Below, in pieces: positions 21,955-25,988 of a stretch of 25,988 bases of DNA. The DNA comes from Octopus sinensis (Eukaryota): NCBI RefSeq assembly GCF_006345805.1, contig NW_021836029.1, forward strand, positions 1-25,988, in the 5' to 3' direction. Within the stretch, counting starts at the first letter, position 1. Every line of letters begins with the position of its first letter. The notes under the pieces were generated by a model that was given only the letters and a program-made list of their open reading frames with translations, was not told the DNA's origin and made no database searches. The position numbers and the translations under genes were made by a program.

Positions 21955-22560
21955 GTAGAAAAATACAAACTGGGACAAGAACATAAAACATTTAGAAGAC
22001 GATACAAAAAACACGGACGGGACATTCGAAGCCTTCAATCTTCAGTCAAGAACTGGACCATCTTTGCAATTTCGGCTGATTAATCTTGAGATCGCTCCGA
22101 TTCGGCCAGCCCCAAGGAAAAACTAAGCTACGAGCATTAGATTTCTTGGAAAAAGGATCGAATGTATACGAAACAAGGACAGAAAAATGGACGATGCCAC
22201 ACGAATATAAATACAAAAAACAATACTAGTAATAACAGGACAAAAACAGCGGTTGTCTTACGACTATAGACAGTACAACTTAGTTTAGCTGGCGTATTTG
22301 GAAAAAAATGCCTTTTTCGGCAGACGAAGACAACGATGTTCTCGTTGCGCTGGTTAGAAGCCGAAAGGCTGGTTGATCAGCGGTCACGTGTGAGGAGAAG
22401 AGTGAGAAAAAAGGGGGCAAAGGAATCAAAGAAGAGAGAAAAAGAGGGACGAAGGCACCAAAGGGGGGAGAAGAGAGAGAAAGAAGGAATTAAAGAGGGG
22501 AGAAGAAAGAGAGCGTGCCAAGGATTGGCTTGGTGACAGAATCAGTGAGGTGCAAAGTGA
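21955..22560 (-). mobile_element. Unclassified interspersed repeat, possibly a Penelope-like terminal relic
   Basis: Abuts a (TA)n array and contains CTGAAGA...TTCGAATGTC on the minus strand. Recalled as a recurrent cephalopod repeat, but single-copy in this window. Confidence 0.3.
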
Positions 22561-22956
22561 GAAAGACAGAATATATATGTATGTATGTATATGTACTTAA
22601 ACACACACACATACACAGGCATACAGACATGCAAAAACACTCACACACACATATAAAACGGAGTTTTGGGTTAGAAAACCTCTAGTAAAGTAAACATTAT
22701 TGATGCATCGTATGTGTTTTGCTTATACGCTTACTATATGTGGTATTTCGTCCAGGGAAGACTGTTTCAGTTTGAGGATTGAAAAAAGAACACTGTATAT
22801 CTCAGAAACACGCGTAACGATTGAACGATAATTTACATTCCATATAATAGGGATGATCCTCGCTGCGTTCAGAAGTTACCGTAGTTGCCCTAAAATTGCA
22901 AAAGAACTGTCTCCCACACTACCAGTGATTTACATTTATATTATTACAGTTAATTC

Positions 22957-23733
22957 AAGGCGGTGAGCTGGAAGAAACTTTAGCTCGCCAGGCAAAATGC
23001 TTAGCGGTATTTCGTCGGTGTTTACGTTCTGAGTTCAAATTCTGCCGAGGTCGACTTTGCCTTTCACCCTTTCGGGTGTCGATAAATTAAGTACCAGTTA
23101 CGCACTGAGGTCGATGTAATCGACTTAATCCTTTTGTCTGTCCTTGTTTGTCCCCTCTATGTTTAGCCCCGTGTGGGTAATAAAGAAACAGGTATTTCGT
23201 CTGCCGCTACGTTCTGAGTTCAAATTCCGCCGAGGTTGACTTTGCCTTTCATCCATTCGGGGTCGATAAATTAAGTACCAGTTACGCACTGGGGTCGATG
23301 TAATCGACTTAATCCCTTTGTCTGTCCTTGTTTGTCCCCTCTATGTTTATCCCCGTGTGGCTAATAAAAAACAGGTATTTCGTCTGCTGCTACGTTCTGA
23401 GTTCAAATTCCGCCGAGGTCGACTTTGCCTTTCATCGTTTCGGGGTCGATTAAATAAGTACCAATTACGCACTGGGGTCGATATAATCGACTTAATCCTT
23501 TTATCTGTCCTTGTTTGTCCTCTCTATGTTTAGCCCCTTGTGGGTAGGAAAAAGAAATAGATATTTTATCTACTGCGTTTTGTGTTCAAATTCGGCCGAG
23601 GTCGACTTTGCCGTTCATCTTTTCCCGGTCCATAAATTAAGTACCAGTTGCGTACTGGAGTCGATCAAATCGACTGGCCCCCTCCCCAAAATTTTCGGGC
23701 CTTATAGTAGAAAAGATTATTATCATTATTATC
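22957..23733 (+). mobile_element. Tandem array of four family D SINE units (period about 185 bp)
   Basis: Units restart at G(G/A)TATTT at 23006, 23191, 23374 and 23560. Only the first has the 5' head (AAGGCGGTGAGCTGG); all carry GTTCAAATTC B boxes. Confidence 0.9.
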
Positions 23734-24019
23734 CTTAATTAAAATCTCTGAGTTGTCGCCCTTTGCGTTGTTTGCCACAGCCTGTGATTAATGTAATGGG
23801 CTTTTCACATGACTACGGCAATTAATACTTCATTTTAATTAATCAAATTCAGTTGGTTGAATGCAGAAATTTTTTAGCACCTATTCTATTAAAATTAAAA
23901 TTACATAGTTATTTTTTATAATTCATTTTAAGTAATTTTACTTGCATTTTTATTACATCATTACTTTTAGCGTCATTCTTAGTATTAATATTGGAATTAT
24001 TATCAATATTACTGTCGTT

Positions 24020-24091
24020 TGTTATTATTATTATTATTCATCATCGACATCATAGACTGAGAGAGCAGCGCATGCTAACATCATCATTACT

Positions 24092-24123
<32 letters not shown>

Positions 24124-24612
24124 TATCATGATCATCCTCATCGTCATCATCATCATTAATATTCTTCTTCTTCTTGTTCTCCCCACCTTCTCCTCCTTCT
24201 TCATCTCCTTCTGCTCTCCTCCTCCTTCTTCTTTCCTTCTCCTTCCTCTCCTCCTCCTCCTCCTCCTTCTTCTCTTCCTTCCCCTCCTTCTTCTTCTTCT
24301 TATTCTTCTTCTTCTCCCCCTCCTTCTTCTTCTTTTTCTTCTTCTTCTTCTTCTTCTTCTTCACCTCCCCCTCCTTCTTCTTCTTTTTCTTCTTCTTCTT
24401 CTTCTTCTTCTTCTTCACCTCCTCCTCCTTGTTCCTCTTGTTCCTCTTCTTCTTTTTCTTCTTTTTTTCTTCTTCTTCTTCCTCTCCTCCTTCTTTTTCT
24501 TCTTCTTCTTCTTCTTCTTCTTCTCTTTCTCTTCTTCTTCTTATTATTATTATTATTGTTATCATTATTATGATCATTATTATTATTATTTTTATTTTTA
24601 TCATCATTATTT
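24020..24612. repeat. Compound microsatellite (ATT)/(ATC), then a CTT/CCT polypyrimidine tract of about 380 bp, then (ATT)
   Basis: Directly visible. Confidence 0.95.
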
Positions 24613-25472
24613 TTCAGATCGTTTTTGTAAAGGAAGATATATATTCAATGGAACTGACCTGAAAAAATACATTTCTGCTAAACCGGAAACCTTCAAGACA
24701 GACAATATTCAACTCCAGCCACAAATGATGAGAGCACATAAAAAAAGATGAACGGCTATTAATGAACAGCTTATAGGAATATTGGCAGCCAGATAGTCCA
24801 TTAAATTGGTTATCGCTTCCTCTTTTCTGAAGAGAGAGGGGAAAAATATCGGGGGGAAAAATGAATTTGCAAAATATGATGTCTTTCAAATCGATCTACT
24901 TATGCATTGAAGAATATAATTACAAATAATTATCTGTCCTCCAGACTCAAGATAGAGAAATGAGACAATTTTTTTTTGTCTAAAAGCACGCACGCATGCA
25001 CATACGTAAAAACACGCACACACTTATATAAGGAATCATTAGGCAAAAATATAGCAGTAGTGTGTCTTGCATGTTCTGTATATAATTTTTGTCATTCTAT
25101 ACAGCTTTTTTGCAGTTTTCATATAAATCCCTGAACCGTCTAATATCATGCGAATCAATTTTGGTTAGACCAAATCCGTATGCAAGCCCGTCGTATACAC
25201 ATGCATATACACACATGCATTTATACCAAGAATTCACAACGACCTCGAACACACAAGTGCAAACAAGGGAGTCGGAGAAAGGCAGAATGCCACTTATATT
25301 TGAACACTACTATACAAATATTCCTTTAAAAAAACTTTTCTTCTAATTTTTCTAAATTTAATTATTTAATCGTTACAGTTGAAAAGGTCTCAAAATGACC
25401 GAAACCGGTACTGAAATGTTCACTATAAAATTACTTTAGCATTTTCTATTTTGACTTGTTTTTTCATATATA

Positions 25473-25504
<32 letters not shown>

Positions 25505-25505
<1 letters not shown>

Positions 25506-25681
25506 AAGTTAATCCAAACAAGAAAACAAAACAAAAAAACAACGCAAGGACGTGGAACAAATAAAGTATTATTGGACGCTCAGGAAAGAAGGGAAGAAGG
25601 AGGGCTTGACGTTTCGAGCGGAGCTCTTCGTCGGAAACATAGGAGAAGGAAAAAAAGCCCGAGAAGGGAAGACAGGGAATA

Positions 25682-25682
<1 letters not shown>
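25505..25682 (-). mobile_element. Penelope-like short repeat with hammerhead-like motif, copy 2
   Basis: Homologous to 19687-19862 and embedded between (TA)n arrays on both sides. Confidence 0.65.
25604..25638 (-). ncRNA. Minimal type I hammerhead-like motif (copy 2, GUC site)
   Basis: GTTT-CCGACGA-A-GAGC(TCC)GCTC-GAAA-CGT-C-AAGC; stem I is retained through a G-U wobble. Confidence 0.6.
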
Positions 25683-25731
<49 letters not shown>

Positions 25732-25842
25732 ATATGGTGTGTATGTTATGTGTGTGTGGTGTGTTGTGTGTTTGTATGTATGTATGTATTGTATGTATGT
25801 AGTATGTATATATGTATGTATATGTATATATATTCTTTCATT

Positions 25843-25988
25843 ATTTTACTTGTTTCAGTCATTTGGCTCTCGGCCATGCTAAAGCGCCGCTTTTAGTCGA
25901 TATGAATCGACCCCAGGTCTTATTCTTTGTAAGCTCAGCACTTTTTGTATCGGTCGCTTTTCCTGATGGCTAAGTCACTGGATATAAA
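25843..25988 (-). mobile_element. SINE family A 3' half, truncated by the window end
   Basis: TTTTACTTGTTTCAGTCATT...TTTAGTCGA...ATCGACCCCAG...TTATTCTTTGTAAGC matches 1519-1650. Confidence 0.8.

Noticed and set aside
22015-22050. Minus-strand CTGAAGA-TTGAAGGCTTC-GAAT-GTC hammerhead-like string
   Set aside because: GAAT instead of GAAA, an impossible 1-nt stem II loop and no stem I; at most a relic.
22957-23733. Regularly spaced repeats that could be mistaken for a CRISPR array
   Set aside because: The units are contiguous 185-bp SINE copies without unique spacers, the context is eukaryotic and there are no cas genes.
15615-25430. Weak similarity AAACCGG-ACTGAAA...TGTTCACT at about 15618 and 25403
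   Set aside because: Too short and diverged to define a repeat family.
1084-25896. Dozens of 60-200 aa ORFs rich in YI/HT/CV/M/N/I/S/L/K/F runs
   Set aside because: They are translations of stop-free microsatellites or SINE bodies. Only the last ~50 aa of ORF 2806-3231 reflect real (LINE) coding ancestry.

Overview
AT-rich eukaryotic DNA, almost entirely non-coding, packed with microsatellites and short interspersed repeats. The tRNA-derived SINE families resemble those of coleoid cephalopods (Octopus); this is recognition from memory, not a database result. I recognise no intact protein-coding gene, and nearly all supplied ORFs are microsatellite artefacts. The real coding relics are 3' fragments of two restriction-like-endonuclease (R4/Dong-like) non-LTR retrotransposons next to (TAA)n tracts. 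Also present are about 12 SINE copies or fragments (including a 4-unit tandem array and a head-to-head inverted pair), a complete non-autonomous Helitron and two palindromic MITE-like elements. The most notable signal is a set of hammerhead-ribozyme-like motifs: a type III fold with two core deviations at 14892-14944, two minimal type I (Penelope-type, dimer-capable) motifs at 19787-19821 and 25604-25638, and weaker relics. These suggest Penelope/retrozyme-type self-cleaving retroelements. None has been tested.
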